Assembly (NCBI RefSeq): GCF_036321535.1
Contig: NC_087436.1
Location: forward strand, 682,001 to 746,000
DNA from: Camelus dromedarius
Taxonomy: Eukaryota
Direction: 5' to 3'
Length of the DNA: 64,000 nt
In this document: in pieces, positions 39,301-53,929 of the stretch
Layout: every line of letters begins with the position of its first letter
Position numbering within the stretch: position 1 is the stretch's first letter
Made by a program: the position numbers and the translations under genes
The notes under the pieces: generated by a model
The model's database searches: none
The model's input: only the letters and a program-made list of their open reading frames with translations
What the model was told of the DNA's origin: nothing

Positions 39301-42300
39301 GAATGGAGTTTGAAACTGAAAAGAAGCTCTGTGTTCCCAACAAGCTAGGTGAAGGACGGCTTTCACACACATTTATCTCTCAGAACAGAGCAAGTGGAGA
39401 GACGTTCGTTCATCTAGCACCAAGGGAACGGGTTGCAGGAGACACTTTTTCTCTGCTTTCTCAGTCTGTTTCCTAGTGCCGGTTTGAAGTTCCTGCAGTT
39501 TTCACTGTAAAACCGAGTTGGAGCTTCTACCTCCCCATATATATGTATGGAATTGAGTTGGCACCTGAAAAGAAACTTTGTGTTTCCAACAAGCTAGGTG
39601 AAGGACCGCTTTCACACACACTTATCTCTGAGAACTGAGCAATTGGAGAGACGTTCGTTCATGTAGCACAAAGGGAACGGGTTGCAGGAGACACTTATTC
39701 TCTGCATTTTCAGTCTGTTTCCTAGTGCCGGTTTGAAGTTCCTGCAGTTTTCACTGTCAAACCGAGTTGGAGCTAGTAACTCCCCATATATATGTATGGA
39801 ATTGAGTTGGCAACTGAAAAGAAACTTTGTGTTCCCAACAAGCTAGTTGAAGGCGGCTTTCACACACACTTATCTCTCAGAACTGAGCAAGTGGAGAGAC
39901 GTTCGTTCATCTAGCACCAAGGGAACGGGTTGCAGGGGACACTTTTTCTCTGCTATCTCAGTCTGTTTCCTAGTGCCGGTTTGAAGTTCCTGCAGTTTTC
40001 ACTGTAAAACCGAGTTGGAGCTTCTACCACCCCATATATATGTATGGAATGGAGTTTGCAACTGAAAAGAAACTCTGTGTTCCCAACAACCTAGGTGAAG
40101 GACGGCTTTCACACACACTTATCTCTCAGAACTGAGCAAGTGTAGAGACGTTCGTTCATCTAGCACCAAGGGAACGGGTTGAAGGAGACACTTTTTCTCT
40201 GCTTTCTCAGTCGGTTTCCTAGTGCCGGTTAGAAGTTCCTGCAGTTTTCACTGTCTAACCGAGTTGGAGCTAGTACTTCCCCATATATATGTATGGAATA
40301 GAGTTTGCAACTGAAAAGAAACTTTGTGTTCCCAACAAGCTAGGTGAAGGACGGCTTTCACACACACTTATCTCTCAGAACTGAGCAAGTGGAGAGACGT
40401 TCGTTCATCTAGCACCAAGGGAACGGGTTGCAGGGGACACTTTTTCTCTGCTTTCTCAGTCTGTTTCCTAGTGCCGGTTTGAAGTTCCTGCAGTTTTCAC
40501 TGTAAAACCGAGTTGGAGCTTCTACCTCCCCATATATATGTATGGAATGGAGTTTGCACCTGAAAAGAAACTCTGTGTTCCCAACAAGCTAGGTGAAGGA
40601 CTGCTTTCACACACATTTATCTCTCAGAACAGAGCAAGTGGAGAGACGTTCGTTCATCTAGCACCAAGGGAACGGGTTGCAGGAGACACTTTTTCTCTGC
40701 TTCCTCAGTCTGTTTCCTAGTGCCGGTTTGAAGTTCCTGCAGTTTTCACTGTCAAACCGAGTTGGAGCTTCTACCTCCCCATATATATGTATGGAATGGA
40801 GTTTGCAACTGAAAAGAAACTTTGTGTTCCCAACAAGCTAGGTGAAGGACGGCTTTCACACACACTTATCTCTCAGAACTGAGCAAGTGGAGAGACGTTC
40901 GTTCATCTAGCACCAAGGGAACGGCTTGCAGGGGAAACTTTTTCTCTGCTTTCTCAGTCTGTTTCCTAGTGCCGGTTTGAAGTTCCTGCAGTTTTCACTG
41001 TAAAACCGAGTTGGAGCTTCTACCTCCACATATATATGTATGGAATGGAGTTTGCAACTGAAAAGAAACTTTGTGTTCCCAACAAGCTAGTTGAAGGACG
41101 GCTTTCACACACACTTATCTCTCAGAACAGAGCAAGTGGAGAGACGTTCGTTCATCTAGCACCAAGGGAACGGGTTGCAGGAGACACTTTTTCTCTGCTT
41201 TCTCAGTCTGTTTCCTAGTGCCGGTTTGAAGTTCCTGCAGTTTTCACTGTCAAACCGATTTGGAGCTAGTACCTCCCCATATATATGTATGGAATAGAGT
41301 TTGCAACTGAAAAGAAACTTTGTGTTCCCAACAAGCAAGGTGAAGGACGGCTTTCACACACACATATCTCTCAGAACTGAGCAAGTGGAGAGACGTTCGT
41401 TCATCTAGCACCAAGGGAACGGGTTGCAGGAGACACTTTTTCCCTGCTTCCTCAGTCTGTTTCCTAGTGCCGGTTTGAAGTTCCTGCAGTTTTCACTGTA
41501 AAACCGAGTTGGAGCTTGTACCTCCCCATATATATGTATGGAATGGAGTTTGCAACTGAAAAGAAACTCTGTGTTCCCAACAAGCTAGGTGAAGGACGGC
41601 TTTCACACACATTTATCTCTCAGAACAGAGCAAGTGGAGAGACGTTCGTTCATCTAGCACCAAGGGAACGGGTTGCAGGGGACACTTTTTCTCTGCTTTC
41701 TCAGTCTGTTTCCTTGTGCCGGTTTGAAGTTCCTGCAGTTTTCACTGTAAAACCGAGTTGGAGCTTCTACCTCCCCATATATATGTATGGAATTGAGTTG
41801 GCACCTGAAAAGAAACTTTGTGTTTCCAACAAGCTAGGTGAAGGACCGCTTTCACACACACTTATCTCTGAGAACTGAGCAATTGGAGAGACGTTCGTTC
41901 ATGTAGCACAAAGGGAACGGGTTGCAGGAGACACTTATTCTCTGTATTTTCAGTCTGTTTCCTAGTGCCGGTTTGAAGTTCCTGCAGTTTTCACTGTCAA
42001 ACCGAGTTGGAGCTAGTACCTCCCCATATATATGTATGGAATTGAGTTGGCAACTGAAAAGAAACTTTGTGTTCCCAACAAGCTAGGTGAAGGACGGCTT
42101 TCACACACACTTATCTCTCAGAACTGAGCAAGTGGAGAGACGTTTTTTCATGTAGCATCAAGGGAACGGGTTGCAGGAGACACTTTTTCTCTGCTTTCTC
42201 AGTCTGTTTCCTAGTGCCGGTTTGAAGTTCCTGCAGTTTTCACTGTAAAACCGAGTTGGAGCTTGTACCTCACCATATATATGTATGGAATAGAGTTTGC

Positions 42301-45300
42301 AACTGAAAAGAAACTTTGTGTTCCCAACAAGCAAGGTGAAGGACGGCTTTCACACACACATATCTCTCAGAACTGAGCAAGTGGAGAGACGTTCGTTCAT
42401 CTAGCACCAAGGGAACGGGTTGCAGGAGACACTTTTTCCCTGCTTCCTCAGTCTGTTTCCTAGTGCCGGTTTGAAGTTCCTGCAGTTTTCACTGTAAAAC
42501 CGAGTTGGAGCTTGTACCTCCCCATATATATGTATGGAATGGAGTTTGCAACTGAAAAGAAACTCTGTGTTCCCAACAAGCTAGGTGAAGGACGGCTTTC
42601 ACACACATTTATCTCTCAGAACAGAGCAAGTGGAGAGACGTTCGTTCATCTAGCACCAAGGGAACGGGTTGCAGGAGACACTTTTTCTCTGCTTTCTCAG
42701 TCTGTTTCCTTGTGCCGGTTTGAAGTTCCTGCAGTTTTCACTGTAAAACCGAGTTGGAGCTTCTACCTCCCCATATATATGTATGGAATTGAGTTGGCAC
42801 CTGAAAAGAAACTTTGTGTTTCCAACAAGCTAGTTGAAGGACCGCTTTCACACACACTTATCTCTGAGAACTGAGCAATTGGAGAGACGTTCGTTCATGT
42901 AGCACAAAGGGAACGGGTTGCAGGAGACACTTATTCTCTGTATTTTCAGTCTGTTTCCTAGTGCCGGTTTGAAGTTCCTGCAGTTTTCACTGTCAAACCG
43001 AGTTGGAGCTAGTACCTCCCCATATATATGTATGGAATTGAGTTGGCAACTGAAAAGAAACTTTGTGTTCCCAACAAGCTAGGTGAAGGACGGCTTTCAC
43101 ACACACTTATCTCTCAGAACTGAGCAAGTGGAGAGACGTTTTTTCATGTAGCATCAAGGGAACGGGTTGCAGGAGACACTTTTTCTCTGCTTTCTCAGTC
43201 TGTTTCCTAGTGCCGGTTTGAAGTTCCTGCAGTTTTCACTGTAAAACCGAGTTGGAGCTTGTACCTCACCATATATATGTATGGAATGGAGTTTGCAACT
43301 GAAAAGAATCTTTGTGTTCCCAACAAGCTATGTGAAGGACGGCTTTCACACACACTTATCTCTCAGAACTGAGCAAGTGTAGAGACGTTCGTTCATGTAG
43401 CACAAAGGGAACGGGTTGCAGGAGACACTTTTTCTCTGCTTTCTCAGTCTGTTTCCTAGTGCCGGTTTGAGGTTCCTGCAGTTTTCACTCTCAAACCGAT
43501 TTGGAGCTAGTACCTCCCAATATATATGTATGGAATTGAGTTGGCAACTGAAAAGAAACTTTGTGTTCCCAACAAGATAGGTGAAGGACGGCTTTCACAC
43601 ACACTTATCTCTCAGAACTGAGCAAGTGGAGAGACGTTCTTTCATGTAGCACCAAGGAACGGGTTGCAGGAGACACTTTTTCTCTGCTTCCTCAGTCTGT
43701 TTCCTAGTGCCGGTTTGAAGTTCCTGCAGTTTTCACTGTAAAACCGAGTTGGAGCTTGTACCTCCCCATATATATGTATGGAATGGAGTTTGCAACTGAA
43801 TAGAAACTTTGTGTTCCCAACAAGCTAGGTGAAGGACGGCTTTCACACACACTTATCTCTCAGAACTGAGCAAGTGGAGAGACGTTCGTTAATCTAGCAC
43901 CAAGCGAACTGGTTGCAGGAGACACTTTTTCTCTGCTTTCTCAGTCTGTTTCCTAGTGCCGGTTTGAAGTTCCTGCAGTTTTCATTGTCAAACAGATTTG
44001 GAGCTAGTATCTCCCCATATATATGTATGGAATGGAGTTTACAACTGAAAAGAAACTTTGTGTTCCCAACAAGCCTGGTGAAGAGCGGCTTTCACACACA
44101 CTTATCTCTCAGAACTGAGCAAGTGGAGAGACGTTCGTTCATCCAGCACCAAGGGAACGGGTTGCAGGGGACACTTTTTCTCTGCTTTCTCAGTCTGTTT
44201 CCTAGTGCCGGTATGAAGTTCCTGCAGTTTTCACTGTCAAACCGAGTTGGAGCTAGTACCTCTCCATATATATGTATGGAATGGAGTTTGCAACTGAAAA
44301 TAAACTGTGTTCCCAACAAGCTAGGTGAAGGACGGCTTTCACACGCACATATCTCTCAGAACTGAGCAAGTGGAGAGACGTTCGTTCATCTAGCACCAAG
44401 GGAACGGGTTGCAGGAGACACTTTTTCTCTGCTTCCTCAGTCTGTTTCCTAGTGCCGGTTTGAAGTTCCTGCAGTTTTCACTGTAAAACCGAGTTGGAGC
44501 TTGTACCTCCCCATATATATGTATGGAATGGAGTTTGCAACTGAAAAGAAACTTTGTGTTCCCAACAAGCTAGGTGAAGGACGGCTTTCACACGCACATA
44601 TCTCTCAGAACTGAGCAAGTGGAGAGACGTTCGTTCATCTAGCACCAAGGGAACGGGTTGCAGGAGACACTTTTTCTCTGCTTCCTCAGTCTGTTTCCTA
44701 GTGCCGGTTTGAAGTTCCTGCAGTTATCACTGTAAAACAGAGTTGGAGCTTGTACCTCCCCATATATACGTATGGAATGGAGTTTGCAACTGAAAAGAAA
44801 CTTTGTGTTCCCAACAAGCTAGGTGAAGGACGGCTTTCACACACACTTATCTCTCAGAACTGAGCAAGTGGAGAGACGTTCGTTCATCTAGCACCAAGGG
44901 AACGGGTTGCAGGAGACACTTTTTCTCTGCTTTCTCAGTCTGTTTCCTAGTGCCGGTTTGAAGTTCCTTCAGTTTTCACTGTCAATCCGAGTTGGAGCTA
45001 GTACCTCCCCATATATATGTATGGAATGGAGTTTGCAACTGAAAAGAATCTTTGTGTTCCCAACAAGCTAGGTGAAGGACGGCATTCACACACACTTATC
45101 TCTCAGAACTGAGCAAGTGGAGAGACGTTCGTTCATGTAGCACCAAGGGAACGGGTTGAAGGAGACACTTTTTCTCTGCTTTCTCAGTCTGTTTCCTAGT
45201 GCCGGTTTGAAGTTCCTGCAGTTTTCACTGTAAAACCGAGTTGGAGCTAGTACCTCCCCATATATATGTATGGAATGGAGTTTGCAACTGAAAAGAAACT

Positions 45301-48100
45301 TTGTGTTCCCAACAAGCTAGGTGAAGGACGGCTTTCACACACACTTATCTCCCAGAACTGAGCAAGTGGAGAGACGTTCGTTCATCTAGCACCAAGGGAA
45401 CGGGTTGCAGGAGACACTTTTTCTCTGCTTTCTCTGTCTGTTTCCTAGTGCCGGTATGAAGTTCCTGCAGTTTTCACTGTAAAACCGAGTTGGAGCTTGT
45501 ACCTCCCCATATATATGTATGGAATGGAGTTTGCAACTGAAAAGAAACTTTGTGTTCCCAACAAGCTAGGTGAAGGACGGCTTTCACACACACTTATCTC
45601 TCAGAACTGAGCAAGTGGAGAGACGTTCGTTCATCTAGCACCAAGGGAACGGGTTGCAGGGGACACTTTTTCTCTGCTTTCTCAGTCTGTTTCCTAGTGC
45701 CGGTTTGAAGTTCCTGCAGTTTTCACTGTCAAACCGAGTTGGAGCTTCTACCTCCCCATATATATGTATGGAATGGAGTTTGCAACTGAAAAGAAACTTT
45801 GTGTTCCCAACAAGATAGGTGAAGGACGGCTTTCACACACACTTATCTCTCAGAAATGAGCAAGTGGAGAGACGTTCGTTCATCTAGCACCAAGGGAACG
45901 GGTTGCAGGAGACACTTTTTCTCTGCTTTCTCAGTCTGTTTCCTAGTGCCGGTTTGAAGTTCCTGCAGTTTTCACTGTCAAACCGAGTTGGAGCTAGTAC
46001 CTCCCCATATATATGTATGGAATGGAGTTTGCAACTGAAAAGAAACTTTGTGTTCCCAACAAGCTAGGTGAAGGACGGCTTTCACACACACTTATCTCTC
46101 AGAACAGAGCAAGTGGAGAGACGTTCGTTCATCTAGCACCAAGGGAACGGGTTGCAGGAGACACTTTTTCTCTGCTTTCTCAGTCTGTTTCCTAGTGCCG
46201 TTTTGAAGTTCCTGCAGTTTTCACTGTCAAACCGAGTTGGAGCTAGTACCTCCCCATATATATGTATGGAATGGAGTTTGCAACTGAAAAGAAACTGTGT
46301 TCCCAACAAGCTAGGTGAAGGACGGCTTTCACACGCACATATCTCTCAGAACTGAGCAAGTGGAGAGACGTTCGTTCATCTAGCACCAAGGGAACGGGTT
46401 GCAGGAGACACTTTTTCCCTGCTTCCTCAGTCTGTTTCCTAGTGCCGGTTTGAAGTTCCTGCAGTTTTCACTGTAAAACCGAGTTGGAGCTTGTACCTCC
46501 CCATATATATGTATGGAATTGAGTTGGCAACTGAAAAGAAACTTTGTGTTCCCAACAAGCTAGGTGAAGGACGGCTTTCACACACACTTATCTCTCAGAA
46601 CTGAGCAAGTGGAGAGACGTTTTTTCATGTAGCATCAAGGGAACGGGTTGCAGGAGACACTTTTTCTCTGCTTTCTCAGTCTGTTTCCTAGTGCCGGTTT
46701 GAAGTTCCTGCAGTTTTCACTGTAAAACCGAGTTGGAGCTTGTACCTCACCATATATATGTATGGAATGGAGTTTGCAACTGAAAAGAAACTTTGTGTTC
46801 CCAACAAGCTATGTGAAGGACGGCTTTCACACACACTTATCTCTCAGAACAGAGCAAGTGGAGAGACGTTCGTTCATGTAGCACAAAGGGAACGGGTTGC
46901 AGGAGACACTTTTTCTCTGCTTTCTCAGTCTGTTTCCTAGTGCCGGTTTGAGGTTCCTGCAGTTTTCACTCTCAAACCGATTTGGAGCTAGTACCTCCCA
47001 ATATTTATGTATGGAATTGAGTTGGCAACTGAAAAGAAACTTTGTGTTCCCAACAAGATAGGTGAAGGACGGCTTTCACACACACTTATCTCTCAGAACT
47101 GAGCAAGTGGAGAGACGTTCTTTCATGTAGCACCAAGGAACGGGTTGCAGGAGACACTTTTTCTCTGCTTCCTCAGTCTGTTTCCTAGTGCCGGTTTGAA
47201 GTTCCTGCAGTTTTCACTGTAAAACCGAGTTGGAGCTTGTACCTCCCCATATATATGTATGGAATGGAGTTTGCAACTGAATAGAAACTTTGTGTTCCCA
47301 ACAAGCTAGGTGAAGGACGGCTTTCACACACACTTATCTCTCAGAACTGAGCAAGTGGAGAGACGTTCGTTAATCTAGCACCAAGCGAACGGGTTGCAGG
47401 AGACACTTTTTCTCTGATTTCTCAGTCTGTTTCCTAGTGCCGGTTTGAAGTTCCTGCAGTTTTCATTGTCAAACAGATTTGGAGCTAGTATCTCCCCATA
47501 TATATGTATGGAATGGAGTTTACAACTGAAAAGAAACTTTGTGTTCCCAACAAGCCTGGTGAAGAGCGGCTTTCACACACACTTATCTCTCAGAACTGAG
47601 CAAGTGGAGAGACGTTCGTTCATCCAGCACCAAGGGAACGGGTTGCAGGAGACACTTTTTCTCAGCTTTCTCAGTCTGTTTCCTAGTGCCGGTATGAAGT
47701 TCCTGCAGTTTTCACTGTCAAACCGAGTTGGAGCTAGTACCTCCCCATATATATGTATGGAATGGAGTTTGCAACTGAAAAGAAACTGTGTTCCCAACAA
47801 GCTAGGTGAAGGACGGCTTTCACACGCACATATCTCTCAGAACTGAGCAAGTGGAGAGACGTTCGTTCATCTAGCACCAAGGGAACGGGTTGCAGGAGAC
47901 ACTTTTTCTCTGCTTCCTCAGTCTGTTTCCTAGTGCCGGTTAGAATTTCCTGCAGTTTTCACTGTAAAACCGAGTTGGAGCTTGTACCTCCCCATATATA
48001 TGTATGGAATGGAGTTTGCAACTGAAAAGAAACTTTGTGTTCCCAACAAGCTAGGTGAAGGACGGCTTTCACACCCACATATCTCTCAGAACTGAGCAAG
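30350..48100. repeat. Variable-length HOR domain with a recurring core cassette of about 6 monomers (periods of 14, 11, 22 and 14 monomers)
   Basis: The anchor monomer (cattgtcaaacagatt ... aagcctggtgaagagc) lies at 32225, 35705, 38439, 43913 and about 47394. Spacings are 3480, 2734, 5474 and 3481. Private variants: ggaattgag, gcatcaagg, gcacaaagg, gaggttcc, tgaatagaaa, ttaatctagcaccaagcg. Confidence 0.85.
41290..43270. repeat. Tandem duplication of a 4-monomer unit (996 bp)
   Basis: ORFs at 41516/42512 are offset by 996. The private variants tccttgtgcc and tctgtatttt are present in both copies. Confidence 0.88.
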
Positions 48101-48849
48101 TGAAGAGACGTTCGTTCATCTAGCACCAAGGGAACGGGTTGCAGGAGACACTTTTTCTCTGCTTCCTCAGTCTGTTTCCTAGTGCCTGTTTGAAGTTCCT
48201 GCAGTTATCACTGTAAAACAGAGTTGGAGCTTGTACCTCCCCTTATATACGTATGGAATGGAGTTTGCAACTGAAAAGAAACTTTGTGTTCCCAACAAGC
48301 TAGTTGAAGGACGGCTTTCACACACACTTATCTCTCAGAACTGAGCAAGTGGAGAGACGTTCGTTCATCTAGCACCAAGGGAACGGGTTGCAGGAGACAC
48401 TTTTTCTCTGCTTTCTCAGTCTGTTTCCTAGTGCCGGTTAGAAGTTCCTGCAGTTTTCACTGTCAATCCAAGTTGGAGCTAGTACCTCCCCGTATATACG
48501 TATGGAATGGAGTTTGCAACTGAAAAGAAACTTTGTGTTCCCAACAAGCTAGGTGAAGGACGGCATTCACACACACTTATCTCTCAGAACTGAGCAAGTG
48601 GAGAGACGTTCGTTCATCTAGCACCAAGTGAACGGGTTGCAGGAGACACTTTTTCTCTGCTTTCTCAGTCTGTTTCCTAGTGCCGGTTTGAAGTTCCTGC
48701 AGTTTTCACTGTCAAACCGAGTTGGAGCTAGTACCTCCCATATATATGTATGGAAAGGAGTTTGCAACTGAAAAGAAACTTTGTGTTCCCAACAAGCTAG
48801 GTGAAGGACGGCTTTCACACACACTTATCTCTCAGAAATGAGCAAGTGG

Positions 48850-51800
48850 AGAGACGTTCGTTCATCTAGCACCAAGGGAACGGGTTGCAGGAGACACTTT
48901 TTCTCTGCTTTCTCAGTCTGTTTCCTAGTGCCGGTTTGAAGTTCCTGCAGTTTTCACTGTCAAACCGAGTTGGAGCTAGTACCTCCCCATATATATGTAT
49001 GGAATGGAGTTTGCAACTGAAAAGAAACTTTGTGTTCCCAACAAGCTAGGTGAAGGACGGCTTTCACACACACTTATCTCTCAGAACAGAGCAAGTGGAG
49101 AGACGTTCGTTCATCTAGCACCAAGGGAACGGGTTGCAGGAGACACTTTTTCTCTGCTTTCTCAGTCTGTTTCCTAGTGCCGTTTTGAAGTTCCTGCAGT
49201 TTTCACTGTCAAACCGAGTTGGAGCTAGTACCTCCCCATATATATGTATGGAATGGAGTTTGCAACTGAAAAGAAACTTTGTGTTCCCAACAAGCTAGGT
49301 GAAGGACGGCTTTCACACGCACATATCTCTCAGAACTGAGCAAGTGAAGAGACGTTCGTTCATCTAGCACCAAGGGAACGGGTTGCAGGAGACACTTTTT
49401 CTCTGCTTCCTCAGTCTGTTTCCTAGTGCCGGTTTGAAGTTCCTGCAGTTATCACTGTAAAACAGAGTTGGAGCTTGTACCTCCCCTTATATACGTATGG
49501 AATGGAATTTGCAACTGAAAAGAAACTTTGTGTTCCCAACAAGCTAGGTGAAGGACGGCTTACACACACACTTATCTCTCAGAACTGAGCAAGTGGAGAG
49601 ACGTTCGTTCATCTAGCACCAAGGGAACGGGTTGCAGGAGACACTTTTTCTCTGCTTTCTCAGTCTGTTTCCTAGTGCCGGTTTGAAGTTCCTGCAGTTT
49701 TCACTGTCAATCCGAGTTGGAGCTAGTACCTCCCCGTATATATGTATGGAATGGAGTTTGCAACTGAAAAGAAACTTTGTGTTCCCAACAAGCTAGGTGA
49801 AGGACGGCATTCACACACACTTATCTCTCAGAACTGAGCAAGTGGAGAGACGTTCGTTCATCTAGCACCAAGTGAACGGGTTGCAGGAGACACTTTTTCT
49901 CTGCTTTCTCAGTCTGTTTCCTAGTGCCGGTTTGAAGTTCCTGCAGTTTTCACTGTCAAACCGAGTTGGAGCTAGTACCTCCCATATATATGTATGGAAT
50001 GGAGTTTGCAACTGAAAAGAAACTTTGTGTTCCCAACAAGCTAGGTGAAGGACGGCTTTCACACACACTTATCTCTCAGAACTGAGCAAGTGGAGAGACG
50101 TTCGTTCATGTAGCACCAAGGGAACGGGTTGCAGGAGACACATTTTCTCTGCTTTCTCAGTCTGTTTCCTAGTGCCGATTTGAAGTTCCTGCAGTTTTCA
50201 CTGTAAAACCGAGTTGGAGCTAGTACCTCCCCATATATATGTATGGAATGGAGTTTGCAACTGAAAAGAAACTTTGTGTTCCCAACAAGCTAGGTGAAGG
50301 ACGGCTTTCACACACACTTATCTCCCAGAACTGAGCAAGTGGAGAGACGTTCGTTCATCTAGCACCAAGTGAACGGGTTGCAGGAGACACTTTTTCTCTG
50401 CTTTCTCAGTCTGTTTCCTAGTGCCGGTTTGAAGTTCCTGCAGTTTTCACTGTCAAACCGAGTTGGAGGTAGTACCTCCCATATATATGTATGGAATGGA
50501 GTTTGCAACTGAAAAGAAACTTTGTGTTCCCAACAAGCTAGGTGAAGGACGGCTTTCACACACACTTATCTCTCAGAACTGAGCAAGTGGAGAGACGTTC
50601 GTTCATGTAGCACCAAGGGAACGGGTTGCAGGAGACACATTTTCTCTGCTTTCTCAGTCTGTTTCCTAGTGCCGATTTGAAGTTCCTGCAGTTTTCACTG
50701 TAAAACCGAGTTGGAGCTAGTACCTCCCCATATATATGTATGGAATGGAGTTTGCAACTGAAAAGAAACTTTGTGTTCCCAACAAGCTAGGTGAAGGACG
50801 GCTTTCACACACACTTATCTCCCAGAACTGAGCAAGTGGAGAGACGTTCGTTCATCTAGCACCAAGGGAACGGGTTGTAGGAGACACTTTTTCTCTGCTT
50901 TCTCTGTCTGTTTCCTAGTGCCGGTATGAAGTTCCTGCAGTTTTCACTGTAAAACCGAGTTGGAGCTTGTACCTCCCCATATATATGTATGGAATGGAGT
51001 TGGCAACTGAAAAGAAACTTTGTGTTCCCAACAAGATAGGTGAAGGACGGCTTTCACACACACTTATCTCTCAGAAATGAGCAAGTGGAGAGACGTTCGT
51101 TCATCTAGCACCAAGGGAACGGGTTGCAGGAGACACTTTTTCTCTGCTTTCTCTGTCTGTTTCCTAGTGCCGGTTTGAAGTTCCTGCAGTTTTCACTGTC
51201 AAACCGAGTTGGAGCTAGTACCTCCCCATATATATGTATGGAATGGAGTTTGCAACTGAAAAGAAACTTTGTGTTCCCAACAAGCTAGGTGAAGGACGGC
51301 TTTCACACACACTTATCTCTCAGAACAGAGCAAGTGGAGAGACGTTCGTTCATCTAGCACTAAGGGAACGGGTTGCAGGAGACACTTTTTCTCTGCTTTC
51401 TCAGTCTGTTTCCTAGTGCCGGTTTGAAGTTCCTGCAGTTTTCACTGTCAAACCGAGTTGGAGCTAGTACCTCCCCATATATATGTATGGAATGGAGTTT
51501 GCAACTGAAAAGAAACTTTGTGTTCCCAACAAGCTAGGTGAAGGACGGCTTTCACACGCACATATCTCTCAGAACTGAGCAAGTGAAGAGACGTTCGTTC
51601 ATCTAGCACCAAGGGAACGGGTTGCAGGAGACACTTTTTCTCTGCTTCCTCAGTCTGTTTCCTAGTGCCGGTTTGAAGTTCCTGCAGTTATCACTGTAAA
51701 ACAGAGTTGGAGCTTGTACCTCCAATTATATACGTATGGAATGGAGTTTGCAACTGAAAAGAAACTTTGTGTTCCCAACAAGCTAGGTGAAGGACGGCTT

Positions 51801-53000
51801 ACACACACACTTATCTCTCAGAACTGAGCAAGTGGAGAGACGTTCGTTCATCTAGCACCAAGGGAACGGGTTGCAGGAGACACTTTTTCTCTGCTTTCTC
51901 AGTCTGTTTCCTAGTGCCGGTTTGAAGTTCCTGCAGTTTTCACTGTCAATCCGAGTTGGAGCTAGTACCTCCCCGTATATATGTATGGAATGGAGTTTGC
52001 AACTGAAAAGAAACTTTGTGTTCCCAACAAGCTAGGTGAAGGACGGCATTCACACACACTTATCTCTCAGAACTGAGCAAGTGGAGAGACGTTCGTTCAT
52101 CTAGCACCAAGTGAAAGGGTTGCAGGAGACACTTTTTCTCTGCTTTCTCAGTCTGTTTCCTAGTGCCGGTTTGAAGTTCCTGCAGTTTTCACTGTCAAAC
52201 CGAGTTGGAGCTAGTACCTCCCATATATATGTATGGAATGGAGTTTGCAACTGAAAAGAAACTTTGTGTTCCCAACAAGCTAGGTGAAGGACGGCTTTCA
52301 CACACACTTATCTCTCAGAACTGAGCAAGTGGAGAGACGTTCGTTCATGTAGCACCAAGGGAACGGGTTGCAGGAGACACATTTTCTCTGCTTTCTCAGT
52401 CTGTTTCCTAGTGCCGATTTGAAGTTCCTGCAGTTTTCACTGTAAAACCGAGTTGGAGCTAGTACCTCCCCATATATATGTATGGAATGGAGTTTGCAAC
52501 TGAAAAGAAACTTTGTGTTCTCAACAAGCTAGGTGAAGGACGGCTTTCACACACACTTATCTCCCAGAACTGAGCAAGTGGAGAGACGTTCGTTCATCTA
52601 GCACCAAGGGAACGGGTTGTAGGAGACACTTTTTCTCTGCTTTCTCTGTCTGTTTCCTAGGGCCGGTATGAAGTTCCTGCAGTTTTCACTGTAAAACCGA
52701 GTTGGAGCTTGTACCTCCCCATATATATGTATGGAATGGAGTTGGCAACTGAAAAGAAACTTTGTGTTCCCAACAAGCTAGGTGAAGGACGGCTTTCACA
52801 CACACTTATCTCTCAGAAATGAGCAAGTGGAGAGACGTTCGTTCATCTAGCACCAAGGGAACGGGTTGCAGGAGACACTTTTTCTCTGCTTTCTCAGTCT
52901 GTTTCCTAGTGCCGGTTTGAAGTTCCTGCAGTTTTCACTGTCAAACCGAGTTGGAGCTAGTACCTCCCCATATATATGTATGGAATGGAGTTTGCAACTG
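48850..53000. repeat. Nested duplications (9-monomer offset 2,239 bp containing a 2-monomer 497-bp duplication)
   Basis: 48995/51234 and 49862/52101 are offset by 2239; 49862/50359 by 497. Shared variants include ggcttacaca, aagtgaagag and gggttgtagg. Confidence 0.78.
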
Positions 53001-53929
53001 AAAAGAAACTTTGTGTTCCCAACAAGCTAGGTGAAGGACGGCATTCACACACACTTATCTCTCAGAACTGAGCAAGTGGAGAGACGTTCGTTCATCTAGC
53101 ACCAAGGGAACGGGTTGCAGGAGACACATTTTCTCTGCTTTCTCAGTCTGTTTCCTAGTGCCGATTTGAAGTTCCTGCAGTTTTCACTGTAAAACCGAGT
53201 TGGAGCTAGTACCTCCCCATATATATGTATGGAATGGAGTTTGCAACTGAAAAGAAACTTTGTGTTCCCAACAAGCTAGGTGAAGGACGGCTTTCACACG
53301 CACATATCTCTCAGAACTGAGCAAGTGGAGAGACGTTCGTTCATCTAACACCAAGGGAACGGGTTGCAGGAGACACTTTTTCTCTGCTTCCTCAGTCTGT
53401 TTCCTAGTGCCGGTTTGAAGTTCCTGCAGTTTTCACTGTCAAACCGAGTTGGAGCTTCTACCTCCCAATATATATGTATGGAATGGAGTTTGCAACTGAA
53501 AAGAAACTTTGTGTTCCCAACAAGCTAGGTGAAGGACGGCTTTCACACGCACTTATCTCTCAGAACTGAGCAAGTGGAGAGACGATCGTTCATCTAGCAC
53601 CAAGGGAACGGGTTACAGGAGACACTTTTTCTCTGCTTTCTCAGTCTGTTTCCTAGTGCCGGTTTGAAGTTCCTGCAGTTTTCACTGTAAAACGGAGTTG
53701 GAGTTTCTACCTCCCCATATATATGTATGGAATGAAGTTTGCAACTGAAAAGAAACTTTGTGTTCCCAACAAGCTAGGTGAAGGACGGCTTTCACACACC
53801 CTTATCTCTCAGAACTGAGCAAGTGGAGAGACTTTCGTTCATCTAGCACCAAGGGAACGGGTTGAAGGAGACAATTTTTCTCTGCTTTCTCAGTCTGTTT
53901 CCTAGTGCCGGTTTGAAGTTCCTGCAGTT

